Positions 45,071 through 55,024 of a DNA stretch of 64,000 bases are shown here, one piece after another. This DNA comes from Armatimonadota bacterium (GTDB taxonomy: Bacteria; Armatimonadota; SYMT01), in NCBI GenBank assembly GCA_041690135.1, contig JAWLHY010000013.1, positions 1-64,000 of the forward strand, read 5' to 3'. The position numbers were made by a program, and so were the translations under genes. The notes beneath the pieces were generated by a model. The model searched no databases, had not been told where the DNA came from, and worked only from the letters and a program-made list of their open reading frames with translations. Within the stretch, counting starts at the first letter, position 1; every line of letters starts with the position of its first letter.

Positions 45071-47178
45071 ACGCTTCCCTCGATCCGGTCTAGCGCGCGC
45101 GCCGCTGCCGCCCGGAACGCCTCGTCTTCTTCGATCCAGCTTGCGTGGGAGCCGACCTCCAGTAGTCGCCGCTCCGACTCTACGATCCGCCGCAGCTCCG
45201 GCGCCGCAGCCTGGGCCCGCGGTCCCATCTCCTCCAGGCACTCCAGCACCCGCAGCCCCGCGGGATCGACTCGCAGGTGCTGAAGCAGGATGGGGAGGAC
45301 CGCCTCCACCTCCCCGGCGACGCGCCACAGCGCCCGCGCCGCGTGGATCTGGATCCAGTGGCTCGGGTAGTCGAGGGCATCCCGCAGTGCGGGAACGGCC
45401 TCCCGAGCGGGCGGGCCGATGATGGCCAGGTGTTCCGCCGCCGTCGAGCCCGCGCTGCGCACCCCCGGTATCGAGCGTAGATTCACCAGGATGTCCACCA
45501 GTGGCGGGACCGCCAGTTCCGCGCTCTCGCCGATGCGCCAGAGGGCGAGAGCCGCGTGCGCTCGCACGTTGGCCTCTGGGTCCGCCAGCAGCTCTTCAAG
45601 AGCAGTCAGCCCCTCCGCGGCCTCCGGACCGATGGCCCCCAGCGCCCCGACGGCGGTACGACGGACGAAGGAGTCCCCGTGCCGTAAGCAGCCACATAGG
45701 GCCGGGATGGCCGGTGCGGCGGCGCCACCCCAGCGCGCGAGTGCCGCGGCCGCTCCGGACGCCAGCTCCGGGTCCTGCAGCGCGGCGATCAGGTCCGGAA
45801 GGGCGGCGTGGGCCATGGGACCCATCTCTCCCAGCGTGGCCGCGGCCCGGTGCCGGACCGCTAGCGGGTAGCCTTGGGGCCGGAGCAGGCTCCGAAGCAC
45901 CGGTACCGCGGCGCCGGCCGCCAGAGCCAGTCGCCGGACGGAGTCCAGTGCCGTGAGGCGGATGGGTTGTTCCCCGACCTCTTCCAGGAGGCGGATCAGG
46001 CACGGTACGGCCTGCCCCTCCCCCAGCGCCGCAACGGCTGCGGCTACCGACACGCGGGTGTGGGCGGAGCCGACCTCAAGGTGGCTCAGCAGCGCCTCCC
46101 GCGCCGGACTCGCCGCAGGTCCCAACTCCGCCAGCGTGCGCGCGGCGGCTTCCTGCACGGCGGGAGCCGGGTCGGAAAGCAGTTCTCCCAGCACCGGCGC
46201 GAGGGCGTGTTCCGGGCCGTGCCGTTCCCGGCAGAGGCTTCCCGCAGCCCTGGTGGCCTGCTCCCGGATCTCCGCGTCGGGATGCTGAAGCAGAGCCAGT
46301 ACAAACTCCTGGCGGCGCTCCGGGTACGGTGCGAGGCGTGCATCGATCGACAGCAGCGGGAGGTCGCTCCACCAGGGGAACTCTTCGGATGCCCCCATAA
46401 GCGGAATTGACGCGACCAGCACAGGAAGGAGATCCCCATCCGGTCCCGCGCCGCTCAACTCCCCGAGAGCCAGGACGGCCGCACCGCGGACCAGCGGGTC
46501 CTCGCCGTCCGCCCGCGCCAGGCACAATAGGTCGTCACGCCAGCGCTCTCGGGGCACGCCGGCAGTCAATTCGCGAGCGTCCGCCCTCCGGTAGAGCTCC
46601 GCGAAGCCAAGCGCAGCGCTGGCTTTGGCTTGCGGCACGGGCTCCGCTGTCAGCCATTCCCGAAGGACCGGCGCGATCTCGGCGACACGCTCTTCGCAGA
46701 CCGCCAACAGGTAAGGAGCCACCATCCGTAGGTCCGGGTCCGGGTCCGCCAGCAGACGGAGGTAGACCGGCAACCCTTCCACCACGGCCGCATGCGCCGC
46801 GCGAACCCACTCCAGCTCCTCCCGCCGCCGCTCCTCCAACTCGGGAGACTCGTCGCGCCCGGAGACAGGGGGCCGCTCGTGGACCGCCAGGTACGAGCGC
46901 CCGGTAGCGAGCTCCCGCAGGAGATGGGCGATCCCCATGCGTTCCGGGACGGATGGCTCTTCCAACAGCTCGATCAGGAATGGGACGGCGTAAGCCGAGG
47001 CCTCGTAGACCGTCCCCTGGTGCCAGATGTTGCTGTACAGGTCGCCCAGCGCCTCCTGCCGGGCCTCCTCCTCCGCCGCCAACAGCGCGCGAAGCTGGCC
47101 GGGCACATCCACCGCCTCGCCATATGCATGGCGGAGGCGGGACCAATCGATCGTTTCGAGACCCTCCAACATTTGCAT
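45049..47178 (-). CDS. HEAT repeat protein
   Basis: IDWSRL.HAYG.A.DVP N-terminal domain; many L.D....VR..AA.ALG.IGP.A..A.P.L repeats. Confidence 0.85.
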   Translation of the reverse strand: MQMLEGLETIDWSRLRHAYGEAVDVPGQLRALLAAEEEARQEALGDLYSNIWHQGTVYEASAYAVPFLIELLEEPSVPERMGIAHLLRELATGRSYLAVHERPPVSGRDESPELEERRREELEWVRAAHAAVVEGLPVYLRLLADPDPDLRMVAPYLLAVCEERVAEIAPVLREWLTAEPVPQAKASAALGFAELYRRADARELTAGVPRERWRDDLLCLARADGEDPLVRGAAVLALGELSGAGPDGDLLPVLVASIPLMGASEEFPWWSDLPLLSIDARLAPYPERRQEFVLALLQHPDAEIREQATRAAGSLCRERHGPEHALAPVLGELLSDPAPAVQEAAARTLAELGPAASPAREALLSHLEVGSAHTRVSVAAAVAALGEGQAVPCLIRLLEEVGEQPIRLTALDSVRRLALAAGAAVPVLRSLLRPQGYPLAVRHRAAATLGEMGPMAHAALPDLIAALQDPELASGAAAALARWGGAAAPAIPALCGCLRHGDSFVRRTAVGALGAIGPEAAEGLTALEELLADPEANVRAHAALALWRIGESAELAVPPLVDILVNLRSIPGVRSAGSTAAEHLAIIGPPAREAVPALRDALDYPSHWIQIHAARALWRVAGEVEAVLPILLQHLRVDPAGLRVLECLEEMGPRAQAAAPELRRIVESERRLLEVGSHASWIEEDEAFRAAAARALDRIEGSVHRKDAE

Positions 47179-47231
47179 TTCTCCGGTCTCAAGCCGCAGC
47201 CGCCTGCAATGCTTTATCCACCGACGGCTGG

Positions 47232-47855
47232 CTAGGGGCGCGAGAAATGCGCCTTTCCTAACTTGGCCTCGCGCAGGTGGATGCGCCCTGTGTCATCGTG
47301 TGCCTCCAACTCCACCAGGGCCTTGCCTCCCGCATCATACAGCGCCATGGCTCCCCCTTCACCTCCCGGCAGGGGGTACAACCGCACCCTGGGTGCCCCC
47401 GCCGAATCTCCGACTACAACCTGTCCGCCTTTTGCGGTTGCCGAGAACTCGCCGACATGCTTCTGACCCGCGTCGTTGAAGATGAGTAACCGCCCGCCCC
47501 CGGCGGAGTGATCCACGAGCGCAGCCGGCATTCCAACGCCGTCATAGACGCCAATGCCGCCCCCTCCCGCGCCTCCCATGTCCGCCAGCCCGACAACGCT
47601 CTTTCCCGCACCATTGTACACGCGCAGGACGGCACGACCATCGGCGACGTCTACATCCAGGAGTGTCCGGTTCCGCGCGTCCACCACCTTGAATGGGGCT
47701 TTCACAGTGGTACCCTCACTCTGCGTACTGGCAGGTCTCGATACGGAGAGCAGTGCGGCTCCCGCAACTACCGCCAGCGCCGTCCAGCGGGCCATGCGCT
47801 CTCGCCGTTCCACTTGCGCGAGGCGTCGTTCCAGCCCCACAAGTCGATCTTCCAT
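47232..47855 (-). CDS. Hypothetical membrane-anchored protein with short beta repeats
   Basis: Coiled coil + TM, then repeated L..YD..GK units. Confidence 0.7.
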   Translation of the reverse strand: MEDRLVGLERRLAQVERRERMARWTALAVVAGAALLSVSRPASTQSEGTTVKAPFKVVDARNRTLLDVDVADGRAVLRVYNGAGKSVVGLADMGGAGGGGIGVYDGVGMPAALVDHSAGGGRLLIFNDAGQKHVGEFSATAKGGQVVVGDSAGAPRVRLYPLPGGEGGAMALYDAGGKALVELEAHDDTGRIHLREAKLGKAHFSRP

Positions 47856-48172
47856 AGAGTTCCCCTCTCCGGGCGCCACACGTCGGCACAAGCGTTGCCA
47901 TTCCGGGGCACCGGGTCCCTCTTGAAGAACGCTGCCATCAGGCAATGGTTGCGCCAACCGCCACCGGACTGGCTGCCTTGTGAAGTGAGATCTCTCGCGC
48001 CCGAGTCGGGTCAGCCCCTCTACTGGTTTGATTACACCAGGGCACTATCGAAGAAGGTCGGACAGCCACGGCGGCAGAAATCCGGAAACAGGGGCCGTCG
48101 GCGGAAGCACGAGCCCGGTAGCGACCAGCGGCTCGCCGAACAACAACGAGACTCCCAAGGCCACAGACCGCG

Positions 48173-48871
48173 ATGCCGCTCCGAACCCAACAACCAGCGA
48201 GTGTCTCGGTTCTCGAGGAGGCCACGCCGGCTGCCGCGAGCCAGGTTAACGGCGAGCGCCTGGACAAGGCCCGCGAGGCAGATGCGGCATGGCGTGAAGA
48301 ACAGACCACCTCGGCACAGGCACGCCTGGACCGCGTAGCGTCGCTTCTTCTGTCGGCCGCAGAGGTGCTCACGGTTATGAGGAATACCTGCGGGTACGTC
48401 ATGTCCGCAGGAATCTTCGGCCCGATGCTGCTGTTCGCATTCACCGGCATCGAGCGGTTTCAGTTGGGGCTCCAGATCCTTCTCGCCGCCCTGATTGCCT
48501 GCGTTGCTACCCAATACGGCCGCAAAGGCATACTCGCTTTCCGGGAGCGCTGGGTTCGGGGTGCCATCGACCGGACCTACCGGCATTTAGGGATCGCACT
48601 GGAGTTGCCTGCGGCTCCCGCCCTCATCCGCTCCAGTGCCGCCGGAGCCCGGCGCCGGCGAGACCGCCTGACCGACCTGGCCTTCCTGCTGAAGCACGGC
48701 GGACGCCTCGCCCTTCTCCTGGGCTGCCTCTCACCCCTTGTCGTGGGCTCCTTCCCGCTGTTCTTATCGGATAACTGGAAGGTACTACTCTTCGCCGCGC
48801 TTCCCGTCGGGTTCGTCCTCTGGAAGCTCTGCGAGGGCCTGTCCGAAGTGCTGCGTCCGAAGGGGGAATAG
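48173..48871 (+). CDS. Hypothetical membrane protein
   Basis: About four hydrophobic segments; start uncertain. Confidence 0.6.
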   Translation: MPLRTQQPASVSVLEEATPAAASQVNGERLDKAREADAAWREEQTTSAQARLDRVASLLLSAAEVLTVMRNTCGYVMSAGIFGPMLLFAFTGIERFQLGLQILLAALIACVATQYGRKGILAFRERWVRGAIDRTYRHLGIALELPAAPALIRSSAAGARRRRDRLTDLAFLLKHGGRLALLLGCLSPLVVGSFPLFLSDNWKVLLFAALPVGFVLWKLCEGLSEVLRPKGE

Positions 48872-49138
48872 CCACACTCTCAGGCCGCCGACCAAACGGG
48901 TATAAGGAAGGCGGCTGTTCGTGCAATAATCCCTTTGGAACAAAGACACGCCAGTTCGAAAGATGTCCTGCCGTTGTGATCCCTTACCGGCGGGCTGGTT
49001 TGCCTTGGCAGGCTGCGCTGGTGATTCTCGTGTCCACCCTGTCCTGCCGGTCCACCTCCGCACCCTCAACTCCGGCCGCAACGGTCAAGAACAGGTGTGC
49101 TCACTCCCGACCCGGTTCCAATCTGAAAGGACTTCACT

Positions 49139-49966
49139 TTGAATACGGAAGCCATCATGCAGGGGTTGAACAGAGGGTTTCTTGGCGGCATCATCGAGGG
49201 TCTGCTGCTGGCCTGGCCCCTTTTGCTGATGCTCGGCGCGGTCGGTGCCGCGAAGTTCGCTTATCGGGTGTGGGAGAAACGGCGGCTGGCTGCGTCCGGG
49301 ATTGAAGAGATCGACCGGATGGACGGCAGGACGTTCGAGAAGTACATGGGAGTCGTCTTCGAGCGCCTCGGCTACCGGGTGGAACTGACCCAATACGTGG
49401 GGGACTACGGGGCGGATCTCGTGGTGCGGAAGGACGGCGTGAAAACGGTGATCCAGGCCAAGCGCTACAAGCAGAGCGTCGGGGTGCGGGCGATCCAGGA
49501 GGCCGTGGCCGCGAAGGGCTATTACGGCTGTGAGGCGGCCATGGTTGCGACCAACAGCCGGTTCACCCGGCAGGCGGTAACGCTGGCGGAGGCAAATGGG
49601 GTCGCTCTCTGGGACCGAAGTCGCCTGGTGGCCGCCCTCCTATCCGTGAAGGGGGAAATAGGCCCAGCGGCACTCGCGATCTCTACTGCGGCTTCTGCGC
49701 AATCTTCCGCGCCCACGGCAGCACGAGTGGCACCGATGGCACCAGTGGCCCCGGCGGCTTCGACCGCTCCTACCGCACCGGCGGCCCCCAAGGTACCGGC
49801 CGTCGATTCCGTTCGATGTGCCACGTGCGGCAAGAACGTGTCCGAAAAGGTCCGCGCCTACTGTATCGAGCGCCCGGACCGGTTCGGCGGACAGGTCTAC
49901 TGCTACGACCACCAGCGTGCCGCCTCCCGCCCACCTGCCACGACCGGGGCTGCTCACGAGAATTAG
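49139..49966 (+). CDS. Mrr-type restriction endonuclease domain protein with N-terminal TM and C-terminal Zn finger
   Basis: MDG..FE, GDYGADL, IQAKRY, V..IQE, TNS.FT..A..LA; CATC...C..H tail. Confidence 0.85.
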   Translation: MNTEAIMQGLNRGFLGGIIEGLLLAWPLLLMLGAVGAAKFAYRVWEKRRLAASGIEEIDRMDGRTFEKYMGVVFERLGYRVELTQYVGDYGADLVVRKDGVKTVIQAKRYKQSVGVRAIQEAVAAKGYYGCEAAMVATNSRFTRQAVTLAEANGVALWDRSRLVAALLSVKGEIGPAALAISTAASAQSSAPTAARVAPMAPVAPAASTAPTAPAAPKVPAVDSVRCATCGKNVSEKVRAYCIERPDRFGGQVYCYDHQRAASRPPATTGAAHEN

Positions 49967-50061
49967 TCCCGCCACTCTACGCCGCAAGAACATTCCGGAA
50001 ACTGTTCCCAAAGTGCGGAGTGCTCTTCCCTTGATAGGCGTGAAATCCTGAGGCCGCAAGT

Positions 50062-50100
50062 AAAAAAGAAGGGCTCCCCGGCATCGCCAGGGAGCCCTTC
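50062..50100 (-). terminator. Intrinsic terminator of the tRNA transcript (possibly bidirectional)
   Basis: GAAGGGCTCCC / GGGAGCCCTTC stem followed by a T6 tract on the minus strand. Confidence 0.8.
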
Positions 50101-50114
50101 TCTTGTATGCTTTC

Positions 50115-50153
50115 CTTTGCGGCCCTCTGCGAGACGCTGCGTCTTTGCGGTGA
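50115..50153. repeat. Dispersed CTTTGCG/CTCTGCG repeat, copy 2
   Basis: Near-identical to 45032-45070; lies between the tRNA 3' end and its terminator. Confidence 0.75.
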
Positions 50154-50166
50154 GGACCACTGTGGA

Positions 50167-50248
50167 TGCCGAAGGCGGGGGTCGAACCCGCACTCCTTTC
50201 GGAACCGGTTTTTGAGACCGGCGCGTCTGCCTATTCCGCCACTTCGGC
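50167..50248 (-). tRNA. tRNA-Leu (CAA)
   Basis: GCCGAAG/CTTCGGC acceptor stem, CCGGT-CTCAAAA-ACCGG anticodon arm, long variable arm, GGTTCGAC T-loop; CCA not directly encoded. Confidence 0.96.
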
Positions 50249-50285
50249 ACGTGGAAGCGCGCGGGACGGGGTCCCGTACAGTGGC

Positions 50286-50315
50286 ATTATAGGGACCCTT
50301 ACCCCACCCCGTCAA
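50286..50315 (-). promoter_or_regulatory. Sigma70 promoter of tRNA-Leu
   Basis: TTGACG - 18 nt - TATAAT on the minus strand. Confidence 0.75.
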
Positions 50316-50415
50316 TATTGCGGATACGGTGTTCTGTTTGGCAAAGCTGGGCATAAGTGGAGAAAGCCTCGGGGGCGAGCAACCCGGAGGTAACCGACGT
50401 AACCGGAGGACCCCC

Positions 50416-51453
50416 ATGCAGAAACCCAGCCAGGAGCTGTGGCGGCAGCTATACGAGACGATGGCCCGATTCAAAGAGCTGGCCCCGTGGACGTGGATGC
50501 ACGAGTCGAACCTTGTGGGGGTGAAAGATCCAGACTCGGACCTCACGTTATACTGCCAGGTGCTCGGCGGGATGGGCGAGCATTTCGCGCTCTCGGCCTA
50601 CCCCGGCGAAGAGGGTCTGGCTACGCTCTGGCACCTGGTGAGCCGGCCGCTGGACGAAATGCCGGATCCCATCGAAGTCCTAGGCACACAGCATTGCCTG
50701 ATGGCCTCGTTCGAGGATCGCGAACTGCTCCAGAAACGAGACCTCGACACCATCCGTGAGCTGGGGCTCAAGTTCCGCGGCCGCGGCCAGTGGCCGTTGT
50801 TCCGGAGCTATCGACCTTACGAGGTGCCGTGGTTCCTCACCGCGGAGGAAGCGCGGCAACTGACCCTGTGCCTGGAGCAGACGATGGAAGTGGCGGTCCG
50901 ATTCCGCGAGGACCGCAGCCTGATCCCGCCGGCCGAACCGGAGGGTCCCTACCTGATCCGGGAGCCGGAGAAGTCCGCGAAAGGCATTACCTGGAAGGAC
51001 ACCGTCCGTGAGATTGCGCTTCCGCCCGTAAGCGGGGTGAGTTTCTCGGTTCCCGAGGACAGCTATTACGACGAGATCCTGGAGTCCACCCCTCCTACCG
51101 ACGGGGTGATCGAGCTCGATTACACGATCCTCCCGGACGCCGTGCGGGGCGAGGAGAGCGAGCGGCCCTTCTATCCCTTTCTGGTGCTGGTATCGGAGCC
51201 GAAATCCGGCCTGATCCTGGGGCAGAAGTTCGTCCGCCACGAGCAGATCGGTGAGGCGATTGTCGACGCCTTCTTCGATACGGTGGAGAACTTGGGGATG
51301 ATGCCGGCTCGGGTCCACGTCACCCGACCGATGACCGCAGCCATCCTGCGGATCATCGCGGAGCCACTGGAGATCGAAGTGCGGGAAGTCGAGCGCCTGC
51401 GCGGCATCGAAATGTTCCAGCGAGAATTCCTGGGTCTCGCCGGTCGGATGTAG
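50416..51453 (+). CDS. Conserved hypothetical protein (DUF7309/DUF6930-like)
   Basis: W..LY.....F..LAPW.WM, G.GQWP.FRSY.P...PW.L, RPFYP motifs; GGAGG RBS; family name from memory. Confidence 0.75.
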   Translation: MQKPSQELWRQLYETMARFKELAPWTWMHESNLVGVKDPDSDLTLYCQVLGGMGEHFALSAYPGEEGLATLWHLVSRPLDEMPDPIEVLGTQHCLMASFEDRELLQKRDLDTIRELGLKFRGRGQWPLFRSYRPYEVPWFLTAEEARQLTLCLEQTMEVAVRFREDRSLIPPAEPEGPYLIREPEKSAKGITWKDTVREIALPPVSGVSFSVPEDSYYDEILESTPPTDGVIELDYTILPDAVRGEESERPFYPFLVLVSEPKSGLILGQKFVRHEQIGEAIVDAFFDTVENLGMMPARVHVTRPMTAAILRIIAEPLEIEVREVERLRGIEMFQREFLGLAGRM

Positions 51454-51507
51454 GTGGGCCGGAGTGTTCGGGAGGTGACCTCCAGGTGAGCCGGCGAACA
51501 ATCACCC

Positions 51508-52296
51508 GTGCCCACCGTTGTCACCACTCCCGAAACGGAAGCGTCGCCGCGTAGCGTGGCGGATGCCGGCGCCTGGCTGGAAGCCTTCCACCGGGAACCC
51601 GGGAAGGTGCGCTTCCGGCGCGTGCTCGAGCTTCCGGACATCCCCGAGGCGGTGCCCCTGCTCTGCCACGCCCTGGAAGATGACGATCCGCAAGTCCGAC
51701 GTGCCGCTGCCGAAGCCCTCGGCCGGATCGGCGATCCGCGAGCGCTGGGACCGCTCCAGAAGGAACTTACTCGCGATATATCCCGAGGGTCCAGTCAGCG
51801 AGGGCAAATTGCGGGTCGATGCCTTCTCATCTTTCGTTCTTTGGGGATGTTTGCCGGTCTCTGGCTTCCATTCTCATTGGAGCGACTTCCGGCACAATTC
51901 CGGGGTCCTATCGCGCTGACGGTGTTCCTATGCTGGCTTCTTGTCACGTTTCACTTCTGGTTCGTCGATGTACGGGGTGTCAGCCAGCGAAATCGTGCCC
52001 GGCGAGCTGCTATCCAAAGCCTGGTCCGCATCACGGAAGCGCATGCGACGGTGGAGGTCCAGCAGGCGCTCCCCGAACTCCGCACCATAGCCGCGAGCCC
52101 GCTGATGGTGGACCGCGACACCCGCCGGGCCTGCCGGGAAGCGGCGAGACGAATCCAGGACCTGACCGCGCACCTCCGCTCGCTTCCCGTTCCCGCCGCA
52201 CCCCAGCCCACCGGTCCCGAAGTTCTCCCCCGCCCGGTCGAAGCCGCGCCGCAGCCGGATACCGCCCGTCTGCCCCGATTACCCAAAGGCAGATGA
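51508..52296 (+). CDS. HEAT repeat + TM hairpin protein, paralog 1
   Basis: VRRAAAEALGRIGDPRA; central TM pair; LPVPA...LPRP tail. Confidence 0.8.
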   Translation: MPTVVTTPETEASPRSVADAGAWLEAFHREPGKVRFRRVLELPDIPEAVPLLCHALEDDDPQVRRAAAEALGRIGDPRALGPLQKELTRDISRGSSQRGQIAGRCLLIFRSLGMFAGLWLPFSLERLPAQFRGPIALTVFLCWLLVTFHFWFVDVRGVSQRNRARRAAIQSLVRITEAHATVEVQQALPELRTIAASPLMVDRDTRRACREAARRIQDLTAHLRSLPVPAAPQPTGPEVLPRPVEAAPQPDTARLPRLPKGR

Positions 52297-52347
52297 CAGC
52301 TCTCACTTACAGCGTGAGAGAGGCGCTTTCAGGGTGCCTTACCTTTT

Positions 52348-52397
52348 CCTTTTCGTGTCTTTCGTCATTTCGCGATTTCGCGTTGGCCCGCGCAGCG
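52348..52397. repeat. TTTCG-periodic element after HEAT-TM paralog 1
   Basis: Matches 54098-54146. Confidence 0.75.
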
Positions 52398-52480
52398 TCT
52401 GGGGCTTGTCTTGGGCTTGGACTCCTGTAGTAAGTGAGCGGAGTGCCGCAAATATCCTCTGAGGTTGAGCGCTTCAATGG

Positions 52481-53218
52481 ATGATCTTGTGCCTGATGAA
52501 CCAACTGTGGAGGAAGAGATTCAGGGCCCTGATGGCGCACTTTCGGGGTGGAAACTCCGGCGTCCGGGTGCGCATGATCCGGCGAATGGGCCGACTGGGG
52601 GTCCCGGCAGTGGGAAAGCTCTGCTGGGCTCTCCGCCACCACGACCCTGCTGTCGTGACCGCGGCCGCGCAGGCACTCGGTGAAATCGGTGATCCCCGCG
52701 CGGTTGAGCCGCTGGTCAAGACGCTGCGTCGCAATCTTCTGGGTGGTAGCGGAACGCGCCAACTCTGGGTCGGAAGTCTGACCTGGTGGTGCTGTCTCGT
52801 TTGCTCGGTGTGGTGGGGGTGGACCATCCTTTCGGGAGGCAAAGGTTCGCTCCTCACCCTGGGAGTCATGTTGGCATCCATACTCGCATCCCTGCTTCGC
52901 AACCACTCGGAACGGCGAAGCGCATTGCGAGCGGCGTGTGTGGAGGCTCTCGGTCGTATTGCCGAAGCATCCTCGTCGCTGGAGGTGCGCAGCGTCCTAC
53001 CTGACATCCGCGCACTCGCCCGGGATACGTACATTCAAAAGCCGGGCACTCACGGGACGACCCTGGAAGCACTGCGCCGGATCGAGGCGGCGACCGCCGT
53101 GGCTCATCAACTGCCGCTTCCGGCTTCTCCCCAGGCAGATACCTCGGACACCTTGCCCCTTCCCGCCCGCTCGGCCGAGGCGGAGGAAGTCGGCACCCTC
53201 CCGCGGGTCACCGGTTAG
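52481..53218 (+). CDS. HEAT repeat + TM hairpin protein, paralog 2
   Basis: AAAQALGEIGDPRAVEPL; central TM pair; LPLPA...LPLPA...LPRV tail. Confidence 0.75.
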   Translation: MILCLMNQLWRKRFRALMAHFRGGNSGVRVRMIRRMGRLGVPAVGKLCWALRHHDPAVVTAAAQALGEIGDPRAVEPLVKTLRRNLLGGSGTRQLWVGSLTWWCCLVCSVWWGWTILSGGKGSLLTLGVMLASILASLLRNHSERRSALRAACVEALGRIAEASSSLEVRSVLPDIRALARDTYIQKPGTHGTTLEALRRIEAATAVAHQLPLPASPQADTSDTLPLPARSAEAEEVGTLPRVTG

Positions 53219-53272
53219 CGCGGCTGGACTTCGCCTCGGCCGCGAATCCGGTCCCGATTCTCCCCGGGGAGT

Positions 53273-54085
53273 GTGAGGGAGGTGACTGCCAGGCAGCCCG
53301 TCGAACGAACACCCGTGGTGACCGCCCGTAACACCCGCAAACCGGACCAGCAGGGACTGCTCCGAACGGAAACTGAATCCTGGAGAGAAACCTCTCTCCC
53401 GGAAAGCCCGCGTGAACGCCTCCGGCTGATTGCCGATCTGCGAGAGGATGATCCCGACGCCGTGCCCCTCCTCTGCCGCTTCCTGGCGGACGACGACCCC
53501 GAAGTCCGCCGTGCTTCCGCCGAAGCGCTCGGTCGCATCGGCGATCCCCGCGCAGTCGGTCCACTGCGGAAGGCGTTGACCCACGGCCTCTCGCTAAAAA
53601 CCCACCGGAAGCACAATCAAGCTACCCGGGTGGGGATGGTGTTGCTTGTCCTGATCGTGTGCCTTCAACTGTATTTGCTTCGCGATAGCTTCCCCATTTT
53701 AAGGGCAAGCTCGCTCTTTAGCCTGCTGTTTACGCAGGTCTTCATGGTAGTGTGTGGGTGGCAGGACCGCCGGAAACTCATCTTTGCTCGGCGGGCCGCC
53801 GTCGAGAGCCTCGTGCGCATCACCGAACACCATGCCACGGCGGAGGTCCAGCAGGCGCTCCCGGAGCTGCGCGCGATGGCCGCAAGCCCGCTGATGTACG
53901 ATCGGGAAACGCGGCGGATTTCCCATGAGGCAGCGCGGCGCATCGAGGACCTGACGGCGCACATTCGCACCCTTCCCGTTCCCGCCGCGCCCCAGCCCAC
54001 CGAACCCGAGGCTCTTCCTCTCCCAGTCGAATCCGCTCCGGAGCCGGATGTCGCTTCCCTTCCCCGAGTATCCGAAGGCACGTGA
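53273..54085 (+). CDS. HEAT repeat + TM hairpin protein, paralog 3
   Basis: VRRASAEALGRIGDPRAV; central TM pair; C-terminal third closely matches paralog 1. Confidence 0.8.
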   Translation: MREVTARQPVERTPVVTARNTRKPDQQGLLRTETESWRETSLPESPRERLRLIADLREDDPDAVPLLCRFLADDDPEVRRASAEALGRIGDPRAVGPLRKALTHGLSLKTHRKHNQATRVGMVLLVLIVCLQLYLLRDSFPILRASSLFSLLFTQVFMVVCGWQDRRKLIFARRAAVESLVRITEHHATAEVQQALPELRAMAASPLMYDRETRRISHEAARRIEDLTAHIRTLPVPAAPQPTEPEALPLPVESAPEPDVASLPRVSEGT

Positions 54086-54097
54086 TTCCCAGGGCTC

Positions 54098-54146
54098 CCT
54101 TTTCGCGTTTTCGTCATTTCGTGTTTTCGTGCTGGCCCACGCAACG
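54098..54146. repeat. TTTCG-periodic element after HEAT-TM paralog 3
   Basis: Matches 52348-52397. Confidence 0.75.
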
Positions 54147-54175
54147 CCCGAGACCTACCCTTGTTGCGGGAGTCG

Positions 54176-55024
54176 TTAGAGATGAGCATCGATCAGCCAG
54201 TTGCCGGGAGTTTCCTGCGCGCTGACTTTGGCGGGCGGGAGGCATTGGCGGTCATAAATCGCCGGCAGGATGGAAGATGGGGTCACCTGCGCGCGCCAGC
54301 CGTGCTGGCGGAAGAAGCCTTCCGGGTCATCGGTGCCGAAGCGCCAGGGGCAGCCGCGCTCATCCAGCATCCGGTGCCAGGACTCCATCTCGGGGGCGGT
54401 GAGCAGGGCTGAGTTTCCCAGGTCGGCGCCTACCCGGCTTCCCGGAGCAGAAAGCTCCGTTACCCGGTCGAGCAAGAGGCGCGCCTCTCCTTCCTCCAGG
54501 TAGACCATGAGTCCCTCCACCAGCCACAGGGTGGGCTCCGCGGGCACGAACCCGGCACGGAGCAGGTCGTTAGCCCACGGTTCGGCCAGGTCTACCGGTA
54601 CGGTGTGCCGGGTGCAGCGGGGATTCGCGCCGGATTCCGTCAAGATCGCCTCCTTCACGGCGAAAAGCTCGGGGCGATCCAACTCGAAGAAGCCCGTGCC
54701 CGCGGGCCACTCTAACCGGAAGGCACGGGCGTCCATGCCTGCTGCGGGAAGGACCACCTGTCGCAGCCCTTCCGTTCGGGTAACCTGCAGCAGGTAATCG
54801 TCGAAGTAGCGGGTCCGCAGCGCCAGGTAGAGGGCCGAGTCCCGGCCGCTGCCGGCCTGGACCGCGTCGGCGCCCTCCAGCCAGGCAAAACCCTGCGCGC
54901 CGGCGAACTTTGCCGCCAGGGGATCCGCAAAGAGACGGTCGGGACGGGCCGTCTCACGGGCACGCACGGCGGCAACCCAGCGGGCAGTGCGGGCCACGGC
55001 GTCCATTTCGGGGTGGGAGTTCAT
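54176..55024 (-). CDS. SAM-dependent methyltransferase (LCM/YktD-like)
   Basis: TA..VAA.RA.E, F.DPLA, RTRYFDD, QVV..AAG.D.RA.RL, ELD, EGL.VYL; alternative start at 55006. Confidence 0.88.
   Translation of the reverse strand: MNSHPEMDAVARTARWVAAVRARETARPDRLFADPLAAKFAGAQGFAWLEGADAVQAGSGRDSALYLALRTRYFDDYLLQVTRTEGLRQVVLPAAGMDARAFRLEWPAGTGFFELDRPELFAVKEAILTESGANPRCTRHTVPVDLAEPWANDLLRAGFVPAEPTLWLVEGLMVYLEEGEARLLLDRVTELSAPGSRVGADLGNSALLTAPEMESWHRMLDERGCPWRFGTDDPEGFFRQHGWRAQVTPSSILPAIYDRQCLPPAKVSAQETPGNWLIDAHL

Noticed and set aside
40000-50248. Integrative element or prophage at tRNA-Leu
   Set aside because: No integrase, no phage genes, and no duplicate of the tRNA 3' end seen by eye.
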